Of a stretch of 64,000 nt of DNA, positions 41,627-51,241 are shown piece by piece. Below the pieces are notes generated by a model that searched no databases, had not been told where the DNA came from, and saw only the letters and a list, made by a program, of their open reading frames with translations. The stretch lies in assembly GCA_046754465.1 (NCBI GenBank), contig JBHHVU010000001.1, positions 64,001 through 128,000 of the forward strand. Direction: 5' to 3'. This stretch comes from Nitrospinaceae bacterium (GTDB lineage: Bacteria > Nitrospinota > Nitrospinia > Nitrospinales > VA-1). The position numbers were made by a program, and so were the translations under genes. Each line of letters opens with the position of its first letter. Within the stretch, counting starts at the first letter, position 1.

Positions 41627-42313
41627 TCAGGATCTATCCTGGAACCGATACCCCACTCCACGGACCGTTTCGATATACTCCCCCGCATCCTTGAGCTTGG
41701 AGCGAAGCCGCTGAATATGAGTATCGATGGTCCGGGAAAACACCCCGTCACCGTATTCCCAGATTTGTTCGAGAAGAACGTCCCGAGGTTTGATCTTTCC
41801 CGGGCTTTCGATCAACCGGGCGAGAAGTTTAAACTCGGTGAGAGTCAATTCCACCTCTTTATTCTTGACCTTGACGGCGTGGTTAGCCAGGTTCACCGAG
41901 AGACAGCCGAATTTAAAATTTTCCTTGGCCTCCGGGGCGGTGTACACCCGTTTTAAAACACTCTTGATGCGAAGAATCAGTTCCCGCGTATTGAAGGGTT
42001 TGGTGACATAATCATCAGCCCCGAATTCTAGTCCCAGAACCCGGTCGATTTCATCGTCCCGGGCGGTCAACATGATTATGGGAATATTGACGGACCGGGT
42101 ATCCGACCGCAGGGTTTTGCAAACATCCATCCCGCTCATGCCCGGCATGTTGACGTCCAAGACGATCAAATCCGGAATTTTCGCCCGCACTTTCTTAATC
42201 GCCATTTCGCCATCCGACGCGGTTTGGATCTTAAACCCTTCCTTGCCGAGCTTCAATTCCAGGGCGGCTAACATATCCCTATCATCGTCCACCAGAAGAA
42301 TGCTGTTTTTCAT
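41627..42313 (-). CDS. OmpR/PhoB-family response regulator
   Basis: LVDDD, LDVNMP, GADDYVTKPF, RTIDTHIQRLRSKL, ETVRGVGY. Confidence 0.93.
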   Translation of the reverse strand: MKNSILLVDDDRDMLAALELKLGKEGFKIQTASDGEMAIKKVRAKIPDLIVLDVNMPGMSGMDVCKTLRSDTRSVNIPIIMLTARDDEIDRVLGLEFGADDYVTKPFNTRELILRIKSVLKRVYTAPEAKENFKFGCLSVNLANHAVKVKNKEVELTLTEFKLLARLIESPGKIKPRDVLLEQIWEYGDGVFSRTIDTHIQRLRSKLKDAGEYIETVRGVGYRFQDRS

Positions 42314-42333
42314 AAATTCCTTCCTTACAAAAA

Positions 42334-42936
42334 TTATTTTGAGTCCTCCATTGGACCCAATCCGGTCTGTCCTTTCAACCGGTTCCATTCAAGGGAATGC
42401 AGGTCATATACAAATTGCCATTTTTCCCGATACTCCATCTCCTGTTCCCGATGTGCCAGGCTCACCTTCCGGAGGGGATCGAGATATTTTCCCCACCTGG
42501 ACAACATCCGCAACCGTTGCCCGTCCGGGATCTTCCGGGAACCGAGGATATTGTCCTCGATATCGCACAACTTGATTTTTTTCGATTCCAAGGACCAAAG
42601 GGGAATGGACTCCCCGTACTTGTCACTAGAAAGATTCCAGGGTTTGGTCAGTTCCCAAACGTACCGCTGCACCGTTTTTCCGAAGTACCGGCCCAGTTCC
42701 CCGCACTCCAGGGACGTGTCCTCCACGAGATCATGACACAGGGAAGCCACCGCCCCTTCAAGGGTCTTGAAACGGAAAGCGAGATAACACTTGCAAACCC
42801 GGCGCGGGTGATGGAAAAACGCTTCCCCGCCCGGCCCTTTCCGCACTTGTCCGGCATGAAATTTCCTGGCCAGGCGCAGAGCCGCTTTCAATGGCCCGAG
42901 GGTCCCGCTATTGGAAAAACCCGCGTTTGGATTCAA
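42334..42936 (-). CDS. HD-domain small alarmone hydrolase-like (Mesh1/SpoT hydrolase) protein
   Basis: HAGQVRK, HP, HDLVEDT, ELTK, KLCD..DN. Confidence 0.8.
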   Translation of the reverse strand: MNPNAGFSNSGTLGPLKAALRLARKFHAGQVRKGPGGEAFFHHPRRVCKCYLAFRFKTLEGAVASLCHDLVEDTSLECGELGRYFGKTVQRYVWELTKPWNLSSDKYGESIPLWSLESKKIKLCDIEDNILGSRKIPDGQRLRMLSRWGKYLDPLRKVSLAHREQEMEYREKWQFVYDLHSLEWNRLKGQTGLGPMEDSK

Positions 42937-43583
42937 AACAGGTCCTCCTCATGGAAAAATTCCAGGCAATCCGCGACGATCCAATCCAGGTGGGAAATCA
43001 GGTCATGCGGAGCATCCAGCTCTTTCAACCGGCACCAGGGATGGTCCTGGGCGAATTTTCGGGACTCGGCGATGTCTACCGTCTCGTCCCTCAGTCCGTG
43101 AACCACCCGGGTGGGAAGTTCCCGGTTCAGGGAAAGTTTTTCCCAACGTTCCGCATCCTGGAAAATACCGGCATCCAGTTCCATCGTCCGATTGTAGCGA
43201 TAATGGAACACCCGGATCACGGAGGGCACCGCCCGGGGATCCGACGGATCGGAAGAAAGACGTTCCCTCCACCTCTTAAGAAAATTGAATCCCGGCGCCA
43301 TCAGATACATCGCCGCCACATCAGTCCGGAATTGAGCGGTCAGGGCCGCCACATACCCACCCATGCTGCTGCCGATCAAACCAAATCTCTGTCCGGGATA
43401 TCGATCCATGCAATCGGTGACCCCCTTGATTTGAGTGGACAACGTCATTTGTCTAAAATCCTCCCCCTGCAAATCGGGAATGGTCAAAGGCGCCGGGATT
43501 TGATCGAATCTTTTTTTGAACACCGAAGCCTTTTTGGAACCGGGGCCGGAAGCAAAACCGTGCAGATAAATGAATTGCGTCAC
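42933..43583 (-). CDS. YqiA/YcfP-family alpha/beta hydrolase (esterase)
   Basis: YLHGFASGP, GSSMGG, HG..DETV, H. Confidence 0.88.
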   Translation of the reverse strand: MTQFIYLHGFASGPGSKKASVFKKRFDQIPAPLTIPDLQGEDFRQMTLSTQIKGVTDCMDRYPGQRFGLIGSSMGGYVAALTAQFRTDVAAMYLMAPGFNFLKRWRERLSSDPSDPRAVPSVIRVFHYRYNRTMELDAGIFQDAERWEKLSLNRELPTRVVHGLRDETVDIAESRKFAQDHPWCRLKELDAPHDLISHLDWIVADCLEFFHEEDLF

Positions 43584-43639
43584 GGTGAATCCCCTTTCCA
43601 GGGTCAAGGTAAAGAGTTTTTCTTCGTCCAGGGGGCACG

Positions 43640-44911
43640 CTATTCCCCGGCTGCCACATTTCGATCATTGTGTTCCAACCCCAGAACCGTCCCCCGCATC
43701 CCCCGCAGGAGCACCAACCCGGGCAACGCGGCGAGGAAAGTAATAAAAAAGAAAAAAGGCCAGCCCAGCTGATCGGCGAGGAATCCGGAAGGCGGACCCA
43801 CAAAAACCCGCCCCAGGGAAGCCAGGGCCGACAACAAGGCAAACTGGGTGGCGGTGAACCGATGATCGCAAAGGGCCATCAAAAAAGCGACGAACGAGGC
43901 GGTTCCCATTCCCCCAGCCAGATTTTCGAAAGCCACCGCAAAAACCATCATGGCATAACTCTTGCCGGCATAAGCCAGGGCCATGAAAGAAAGGTTCGAC
44001 ACCGCCTGGAGAATTCCAAACAACATCAGGGCGCGGTACATTTTGAGCCGGGCCATCAACACACCCCCAAACAGGGCTCCGAGAATGGTGGCGAAAAGTC
44101 CCATGCCCTTATTGATCGCACCCACCTCTCCAACGGAAAATTCCGCTCCCCGGATCAAAAATGCGGTGGTTAAACTCCCCGCAAACGCGTCTCCCAATTT
44201 GTAAAGAACGATTAGGGCCAGAAAAGCCCAGGCGCCGTCCCGGGAAAAAAATTCTTTCAGGGGACCTCCCACGGCTTCCGCGAGAGTTCCCGGCGGCGTC
44301 ACCTGCTCTTCCGGTTCCGGTCCGGCCAGGGTGGCCATCACACCGATAGTCATCAACCCCGCCATAAGGAGATAGGTGCTTCTCCAGCCCAAAACCTCCG
44401 ACAATATCAGGGCGAGAGCGCCCGAAACCAGCATGGCGATGCGGTACCCGGTCACATACACCGCCGCGCCCAAGCCCCGCTCGCGCTCCCGCAGCACATC
44501 GGTCCGATACGCGTCAACGACAATATCCTGGGAGGCCGAGGTAAAAGCGATCCCAAACGCCAGAGCGGCCACGGCCCAGGGAGCAAACCTCGGGGAAAAG
44601 CTGCTCATTCCCACAATGAGCGCCATCAACACAAACTGTGTGAAAAGAATCCAACCGCGCCGCCGCCCCAATATCGGGAGAACGAAACGATCCAGCAATG
44701 GCGACCAGAGAAATTTAATCGTATACGGGATTCCCACCAGCGTGAAAATGCCGATGGTGCCCAGATCCACCCCCTCCACCGTCATCCAGGCCTGCAAGGT
44801 TCCCCCCGTCAAGGCCAACGGCAATCCGGAGGAAAAACCCAGCACCCATATGGTCCCAATGCGAAGATTGGCGAGGGACTTGAGAGTGGTAATAATCGCT
44901 TCACGGCTCAC
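43640..44911 (-). CDS. ampG: muropeptide permease (MFS)
   Basis: LGFSSGLP, KFLWSP, GRRRGW, SASQDIVVDAY, TATQFALLS. Confidence 0.93.
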   Translation of the reverse strand: MSREAIITTLKSLANLRIGTIWVLGFSSGLPLALTGGTLQAWMTVEGVDLGTIGIFTLVGIPYTIKFLWSPLLDRFVLPILGRRRGWILFTQFVLMALIVGMSSFSPRFAPWAVAALAFGIAFTSASQDIVVDAYRTDVLRERERGLGAAVYVTGYRIAMLVSGALALILSEVLGWRSTYLLMAGLMTIGVMATLAGPEPEEQVTPPGTLAEAVGGPLKEFFSRDGAWAFLALIVLYKLGDAFAGSLTTAFLIRGAEFSVGEVGAINKGMGLFATILGALFGGVLMARLKMYRALMLFGILQAVSNLSFMALAYAGKSYAMMVFAVAFENLAGGMGTASFVAFLMALCDHRFTATQFALLSALASLGRVFVGPPSGFLADQLGWPFFFFITFLAALPGLVLLRGMRGTVLGLEHNDRNVAAGE

Positions 44912-45094
44912 AGGTTCAGAATAACAAAAATTCCTTTATTTTCAATACCTTAAATATATAACCCCGAGATTTTTCCGGCTTTGGCCGGGTGGCCTCCCAC
45001 GCGTTGGGATAAGATAACCTATTGTATTTCTGAGTATTAATTTGATCTTTTCCGCCGGTCCCGTGGGAAACAATGCGGCCAGGCCATTAGAACA

Positions 45095-45124
45095 TTGACA
45101 GAATGAGGTTAAGTCAAATAAAAT
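45095..45124 (+). promoter_or_regulatory. sigma70-type promoter upstream of motB-like gene
   Basis: TTGACA-18 nt-TAAAAT. Confidence 0.5.
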
Positions 45125-45230
45125 CAATAAGGAACACATTTCCCCTATTTACGGAATAGATCCCTTCCCGAAGCTGGGCGGAAGTTTGCCTGCCCGGCTT
45201 TCTAGAAACGTGGAAGCCTGAATTCAAAAC

Positions 45231-46832
45231 ATGAAAAGTCCGGAATCGATTCAGCAGGTTAAAGAGCAACTCAAATTAAAGGCGATCGAGTTGCGGAGAG
45301 CCCATTTGGAGAAAGAAAAATTCTCCAAAAAATTCGGTGATGTTATATTTTCCAAGCAGAGCGAAATTAATAACCTGAAAGAAATTATCCAGAAGAAGGA
45401 CGAAGAAATTCAAAAGCAAAAGGAGGTCGTTTGGGCGACGCGGATGGCGCAACATAAAGGACGGGACGGTAAGGGCGAAAAAAAGATAGAATCCAAAACC
45501 GTTTCCCAGGAAACTTCCACGCCCCAAGCAATAACGGAAGATCCGGATTTTTTGAACCAGTTCAAAAAACTCAGAAAAAGATCGCGGCTGTTAAAAGAAC
45601 AAATCCAGAGCGAAAAAAGGATCAACCGGCGACTCATGGAAGAAAGGGAGGAACTGGTCCGCGAATTGAAACGATTTCGGCACCAAACAGACATTTCCGA
45701 AAATTTAAAATCCCGAATTGAAAACCTGAAAGCCCAACTCAATCAGGCCAAGGCGACTTCCATGATTTCCGGCGAAGCCACTCAGAATCTTATTCTGGAA
45801 AAAAACGCCCTGATAAGAAAATACGAAATTATGCTTTATGGCGATATGCCGCCCGGCCAAAGGGAGACGGCGCCGACGGGAATTATCCAGGAACTGAAAA
45901 ATGAGGTGGAAGAACTTCAAACGGAAAAAAACAACGTCCTCCTTGAGATGGAAACTCTCAAGGAGGATAACTTCGAATTGGAATCGAAGATTCATCTGAT
46001 GGAGGAACAAAAGGAATCCCCGGAACCCAGCGAATACTGGTCCAACGCGCAAAGCCGGGGGGCCGTGGCCGCGGAATTTTCCACGGGACTGGAAAATTTC
46101 CTGCTCACCTATTCCGACATGATCACCCTGCTCCTGGTCATTTTTGTTCTGATTTACTCCGCGTCTAAAGTCGATGAGGAGAAATTCGCGGAAGCTTTAT
46201 CCTCCTTCCAAGAAAAAGAATTTCAGGTGAATAATTTCAATGTCCGTTTGAACAAAAATGAAATGAATATGTTAAAACGCGTCCGTGAACTGGTGAAGGA
46301 CAATGTGGACCCTGAAAGCTTGGTCCGTGGCGATGTGCGAACCATTCTGATCCGTTTGAAATCCTCCGACATCTTCTTTCCCGGAGACGCGGCGTTGATT
46401 GACGGGGCCGACGCATTGATTCTGGACTCCATCCGTGAAGAAATGAAAGAAGGAGTCAAACAAGTTCTGGTGGATGGGCATACCGACGATGTTCCCATCC
46501 ATAACAGTAAAAAATTTCCTTCCAACTGGGAACTTTCCTCCGCCCGGGCCTCGATGGTGGCAAGAGTCATCATTGACCAATTACGATTCCCTCCGGACCG
46601 TGTCGTGGTGACCGGTTACGGCCCCTACCGGCCCCTAAAACCCAACAACAGTGATAAGAATCGTGCGTATAACCGACGGGTTGAAATCAAGATCCTCAAA
46701 GACAAAAAGGTGGCGGCGCAGGAAGAAAACGAAAAAAAGAAAACCCAAACCAATTCAAAAAACGCCAAAGTGAACGCGGTCCCCGCTCCCCCCATCCCGG
46801 CCGCCAAGGAAATTCCAACTCAAAATCCTTAA
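45231..46832 (+). CDS. MotB/PomB-like stator subunit with long N-terminal coiled coil
   Basis: TM LTYSDMITLLLVIFVLIY at ~aa 290-310, plug-like helix, OmpA-like domain (GHTDD, NWELSSARA, NRRVEI). Confidence 0.88.
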   Translation: MKSPESIQQVKEQLKLKAIELRRAHLEKEKFSKKFGDVIFSKQSEINNLKEIIQKKDEEIQKQKEVVWATRMAQHKGRDGKGEKKIESKTVSQETSTPQAITEDPDFLNQFKKLRKRSRLLKEQIQSEKRINRRLMEEREELVRELKRFRHQTDISENLKSRIENLKAQLNQAKATSMISGEATQNLILEKNALIRKYEIMLYGDMPPGQRETAPTGIIQELKNEVEELQTEKNNVLLEMETLKEDNFELESKIHLMEEQKESPEPSEYWSNAQSRGAVAAEFSTGLENFLLTYSDMITLLLVIFVLIYSASKVDEEKFAEALSSFQEKEFQVNNFNVRLNKNEMNMLKRVRELVKDNVDPESLVRGDVRTILIRLKSSDIFFPGDAALIDGADALILDSIREEMKEGVKQVLVDGHTDDVPIHNSKKFPSNWELSSARASMVARVIIDQLRFPPDRVVVTGYGPYRPLKPNNSDKNRAYNRRVEIKILKDKKVAAQEENEKKKTQTNSKNAKVNAVPAPPIPAAKEIPTQNP

Positions 46833-46978
46833 AAATCCGCCTCTAACAAACCGGGTTCAAGAATAGTTTTTCCTTTTACCGGGAATCCATTTATAATATT
46901 GAAATACATACATTTATGGTCCCTTGAGGTCACTGGGCCGCACCCCGGCGCCCTCATTTTTTTCAAAGAAAATTGTTG

Positions 46979-49057
46979 ATGGCAAGAGAATCAGGGTCGG
47001 ATTCAAAGTTCCTTTTTGCGAATCGTCAGAGCTTTCTCCGGTTCAATCAATTCAAAATCAACCGAACCGTGAAAACTCTTTCAAAGGTGGGCCGCCAGAT
47101 TTTTTTCACGATCCCGCGGCTTCTTCACACCAACCAGGAGGGCCTTCCGGGCTATTTTGACGAAAGAGTTCCTTCCGGCATCCTGAACTTTACCATCCAC
47201 CCGGAATGCCAGATCCACAGCGAAAATTTGTTTCCGCGCATCATTATTCGCCGAAATGAAAATCTGGATCCGGTCATCCATTCGATCCTGCTGATGGGCA
47301 GCGTGGGTTCCATCGCTCAAACCCAAAAGTCCGACCTGGATTATACGTTGCTGGTCGACAAGTCCAAGTTTACCGCAGAGAGTCTCCAACTCTTCAAAAC
47401 CAAGCTGAAATTGATTGAAGAATGGACCTGGAAGGAACACCATTTGGAAACTCACTTTTTCATCAACGATTATCATGAAGTCAAAAACAATATTTTTGGA
47501 GAGAGCGATAGTGAAAGCACCGGTTCGGCGCTGGCAAAACTTCTGAAAGAGGAAATGTACCGCACCATGATTTTGCTCACGGGAAAAATTCCCTTTTGGT
47601 GGGTCGTTCCCGTGGCAACCAACGACGAAAAATATGAAGGGCTGCTCGATCAGGTCAATTCTGGCCACACGGTTTTAAACCGGGAGGAGTTCATCGATAT
47701 CGGAAACGTGGAAAATATTTCCGACGGGGAATTCTTTGGCGGGTCCATCTGGACATTGATCAAATCCTTCCAGTCCCCTTTCAAGACATTAATGAAAATG
47801 GGGCTGCTCGAAGATTATATGTTCAACAAAACCCAATCCAATCTCCTGTGCCACGAAATCAAGAGGAAAGTATTCTCCAACATCCCCCATCCGGATATCG
47901 ACCCATATATTTTGCTGTTCGAACGGGTGCAAAATTTTTTCAACGAGAGAAAAACCAATAACGAAGTGGACGCGTTGCGGACGGCTTTCTATCTCAAAGT
48001 GGGCACCCTGGTCAGAAGCGAGGAATATGAGCGTGGAACCCGGGATCCCAAAAAATCCGTCATCATAAAAATGCTTAAAAAATGGGGATGGACCCCATCC
48101 AAGCTGCTGAATATCAATAATTATAGCCATTGGCAAATGATGCAAAAAGTGGCCTTGGGAAACCGGATCAACAAGATCCTCATGAATTCCTACAAGATCA
48201 TCTCGGAAAAAAGCAAGACGCTGAATTCCCATGAAAGCCTGATCAGTGAAAAGGATACTCATCTGTTGGGCCGCAAATTATTCAGTTTCTACCGGAAAAC
48301 CCCCAACAAAGTGGAAAATCTCTTTTCCCTGATCGATGGAAATACCGCGGAGAAAGAATTGACCTTTCTTTGCGAGCACGACGAAACCCAAAACAAAGAC
48401 ACGTGGTACCTGATCCGTGGAAGGAATTTTTTCTATATCGAGCAGGTGAATCCTGAAAATATCATCAAGAAGGCCAACACCCTTCCCTTTCTGATAGCCT
48501 TCACGTCATTCAACGGGTTGTTTAAAAGTTCGACCCAACTGTTGATCCGCGCTCCGGGTCAATCGATCAAGGAAACCGATATTCGGATATTGCTCAGTCA
48601 GCTGGCGGCCTTCATCGCCCAGATCAACATCGCCGCCATTGCCAACGAGGACCTCCTTTCGAAAGTCCGTATCAACAAGCTTTATATGATCATCGATTTC
48701 GGAAACCCTCTTCCCAGGGAAATTCTGATGGAGGACATCAAGGACTGCAAAAGCGGCCAGCAGTTGACGCAGTTCATCAACAAACGGATCGAAAGAATCA
48801 AGAACATCACCGCCATCTATTTAACATCGTGGGGAGAGCTTTTTTGTAAAACGTATAGGGGGTGGAATTGCCTCGATCATTGCATGGACGAATTGAGCCC
48901 CCATATTCCTCCGGTGAATATGGAGGACCGGAATTTTCTTCGAGTCTACATTCCCACCGGCCAAAAGGAAATCCTGCAAATCCCCTGGTTAAACAATTAT
49001 CTGTTCCGTTCAATGAAACTCAAAAGAACAGCGGTTGTGGAACAAGCCGCGAATTGA
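46979..49057 (+). CDS. cyaA: class I adenylate cyclase
   Basis: MGSVGSIAQ..SDLD, HFF, ESTGS..LLKEEMYRT, GKIPFWW, W..IK...SPFK..K..LLE.Y, DPY, FYLK. Confidence 0.85.
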   Translation: MARESGSDSKFLFANRQSFLRFNQFKINRTVKTLSKVGRQIFFTIPRLLHTNQEGLPGYFDERVPSGILNFTIHPECQIHSENLFPRIIIRRNENLDPVIHSILLMGSVGSIAQTQKSDLDYTLLVDKSKFTAESLQLFKTKLKLIEEWTWKEHHLETHFFINDYHEVKNNIFGESDSESTGSALAKLLKEEMYRTMILLTGKIPFWWVVPVATNDEKYEGLLDQVNSGHTVLNREEFIDIGNVENISDGEFFGGSIWTLIKSFQSPFKTLMKMGLLEDYMFNKTQSNLLCHEIKRKVFSNIPHPDIDPYILLFERVQNFFNERKTNNEVDALRTAFYLKVGTLVRSEEYERGTRDPKKSVIIKMLKKWGWTPSKLLNINNYSHWQMMQKVALGNRINKILMNSYKIISEKSKTLNSHESLISEKDTHLLGRKLFSFYRKTPNKVENLFSLIDGNTAEKELTFLCEHDETQNKDTWYLIRGRNFFYIEQVNPENIIKKANTLPFLIAFTSFNGLFKSSTQLLIRAPGQSIKETDIRILLSQLAAFIAQINIAAIANEDLLSKVRINKLYMIIDFGNPLPREILMEDIKDCKSGQQLTQFINKRIERIKNITAIYLTSWGELFCKTYRGWNCLDHCMDELSPHIPPVNMEDRNFLRVYIPTGQKEILQIPWLNNYLFRSMKLKRTAVVEQAAN

Positions 49058-49138
49058 ACCTGAATTATGGCAAGTATCGCTAAACGAGCGGAATCCTTTA
49101 CCGATTTCTCCCAAGGGGGAATCCGGGAGGACTCCGGA

Positions 49139-49891
49139 ATGGATATCGGAACCTTCCTGGGAATCCTGGGCGGAGTGGGTTTGATCGTCCTCGCCATACT
49201 CCGGGGGGGCGATCCCGCGGTTTTCGCCAACCTGAACGGCGCCCTGATTGTTCTGGGAGGAACGATCGCAACCACCTTCATTGCGTTCCCCTCCCAAAAA
49301 GTGGCGATGATGTTTCCCGTCATCATCAAGGCATTCAAACCCCATTCCTTTCAACCGGCGGATTATATCGATGATATCGTATCGCTCGCCATCAAATACC
49401 GCGCCGGCGGATTGAAACAACTGGAAAAACTGCAAGACCTGGTGGAAAACCGGTTTTTGAAAAACGGGGTCTCGATGGTGGTGGATGGTTACAGCTCCCG
49501 GGAGATCCACGAAAACCTGGAAAGGGAAATTATTTCCATGATCGAGCGGCATAACGCGGGCCAAAAAATATTGCGGTTCATGGGGGTCCAGGCGCCGGTG
49601 TTCGGTATGGCCGGCACCTTGATCGGGTTGATCCAGATGCTCATGCATATCGACGACCCCACCTCCATCGGCCCTTCCCTTGCCACCGCCTTGATCACCA
49701 CGTTTTACGGACTGATTCTGGCCAACCTCGCCATCACCCCCATTGTCGCCAAATTGCATACCAAGACGGAACACGAAGCGATGTTGAATAAAGCCTTGAG
49801 GGTGGGCATCCTGGGAATTCACGATCGGATGAACCCACAAAAAATCCGGAGGAACATGAACTCCCTGTTTCCTCCCCACTTGCAAAGATAA
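49139..49891 (+). CDS. MotA/PomA-like stator subunit
   Basis: GGAGG RBS; IVLGGT, R..G...LE, APVFGMAGTLIGLIQML, ALITTFYG...ANL. Confidence 0.9.
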   Translation: MDIGTFLGILGGVGLIVLAILRGGDPAVFANLNGALIVLGGTIATTFIAFPSQKVAMMFPVIIKAFKPHSFQPADYIDDIVSLAIKYRAGGLKQLEKLQDLVENRFLKNGVSMVVDGYSSREIHENLEREIISMIERHNAGQKILRFMGVQAPVFGMAGTLIGLIQMLMHIDDPTSIGPSLATALITTFYGLILANLAITPIVAKLHTKTEHEAMLNKALRVGILGIHDRMNPQKIRRNMNSLFPPHLQR

Positions 49892-49900
49892 AACGGAACG

Positions 49901-50752
49901 ATGTCAAACATAGAAGAAATTCTTGCACTTGTACAAAAAGATTCGCATCAAAACGGGACCGATCTCAGAGCCTATCAGTTGAGGGGAATCCATCTCAAAG
50001 GCGTCAATTTCATCAACGCGACACTGATCCAAACCGACCTCCAGGAATCGGCTCTGATAAAAATCGATTTTTCACAGGCCAATATGACGGCGGCCAATTT
50101 CCAAAACGCGAAAATAAAAGACGTCCAATTCAACGACGCCAATCTCAATGAAGTGAATTTCCAGGACGCCACCCTGGTCAACTGCGTCTTCAGAAACGCC
50201 TCCCTGCAGAACGCCAATTTATCCTCCGCCCTGATCAAAAACTGTGATTTCAAGGGATGCGACCTCGGTCACGCCAATTTATCTTCCTCCAGGATCGGTG
50301 ACACCAATTTCGCTTTCGCCCGAATGATGTACGCGTATCTGAGACAAGTCGAGATCGCTCATTCGAAAATGAACGGAATCAATGCCAGGGGTTCCGACTT
50401 CAGTTTCTCAAAACTGGCGGGTGTCGACCTGACCGGTTCCTCCCTGAAATATGCAGACCTGAATTCCTGTGCCTTCAAGAATGTCGATCTTTCCCACGCC
50501 AACCTGGTCGGCGTGGAATTGAAAGACTCCCATTGCACCGATATCACCCTGAAAGAAGCCAATATGGAAGGGGCCGACTTGACCTATGCCAATATGAAAG
50601 GTTCGAATTTAGAAAACACCTTTATGCTGGAGGCCAATCTCCACGCAACCGACTTCACCAACGCCAACCTCAAGGACGCGTACCTGGTAGATGCCAACCT
50701 CACCAAAGTCATCACCCAAGGCGCCAACCTGGAAAACACCATTTTGCAATAG
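49901..50752 (+). CDS. pentapeptide-repeat protein
   Basis: Continuous A(N/D)(L/F)xx repeats over ~260 aa; 9 nt after the motA-like stop. Confidence 0.92.
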   Translation: MSNIEEILALVQKDSHQNGTDLRAYQLRGIHLKGVNFINATLIQTDLQESALIKIDFSQANMTAANFQNAKIKDVQFNDANLNEVNFQDATLVNCVFRNASLQNANLSSALIKNCDFKGCDLGHANLSSSRIGDTNFAFARMMYAYLRQVEIAHSKMNGINARGSDFSFSKLAGVDLTGSSLKYADLNSCAFKNVDLSHANLVGVELKDSHCTDITLKEANMEGADLTYANMKGSNLENTFMLEANLHATDFTNANLKDAYLVDANLTKVITQGANLENTILQ

Positions 50753-50846
50753 AAGATTTTCGCCCCCGGCCGTTTACTTCCTCTCCGCACCCCACTAAAA
50801 TGAAATGGTTGAGAGAAAACTCGGCGCCGATCCTTGGGGACAGGCC

Positions 50847-51206
50847 ATGGCGGAAGTCATTCTGGCGGTTCATCTTCTTATCATACTTTTTTTCCTGATC
50901 GGGTTTCCCGCGGGCCTGCTATGGAACCACCGCGGGTTCCGGTTTTTTCATGCCGCCGGCCTGGCCTTGGTCACCCTTTTGATGGTTCTCGGCATCCCCT
51001 GTCCCATCACCGTTTGGGAAGAAGGATTCCGCGATGCCTCTTATGGGGGTTCTTTCATAGCGGCCTGGCTGAAGCGGATCATTTATCTGGAATGGTTGGA
51101 CCCGGCGCATGTGTTGATTCTGGACCTGTGTTTCGCCACGCTGGTATTTTCTTCGTTTTTCTGGTATCCGGTAAAAAAGAGGGGAGGCAGAGGGAAACCG
51201 GACTGA
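50847..51206 (+). CDS. DUF2784-like membrane protein
   Basis: H..., CPITVWE, SFI..WL..IIY. Confidence 0.75.
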   Translation: MAEVILAVHLLIILFFLIGFPAGLLWNHRGFRFFHAAGLALVTLLMVLGIPCPITVWEEGFRDASYGGSFIAAWLKRIIYLEWLDPAHVLILDLCFATLVFSSFFWYPVKKRGGRGKPD

Positions 51207-51241
51207 TCCCGCAAGGGAGCGGGCTCGGGCGGGTGAAACAA

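Noticed and set aside
45231..49891. Calling the locus canonical Zorya
   Set aside because: The MotA-like protein has no long tail and no ZorC/D/E-like genes are present; only an analogy is supported
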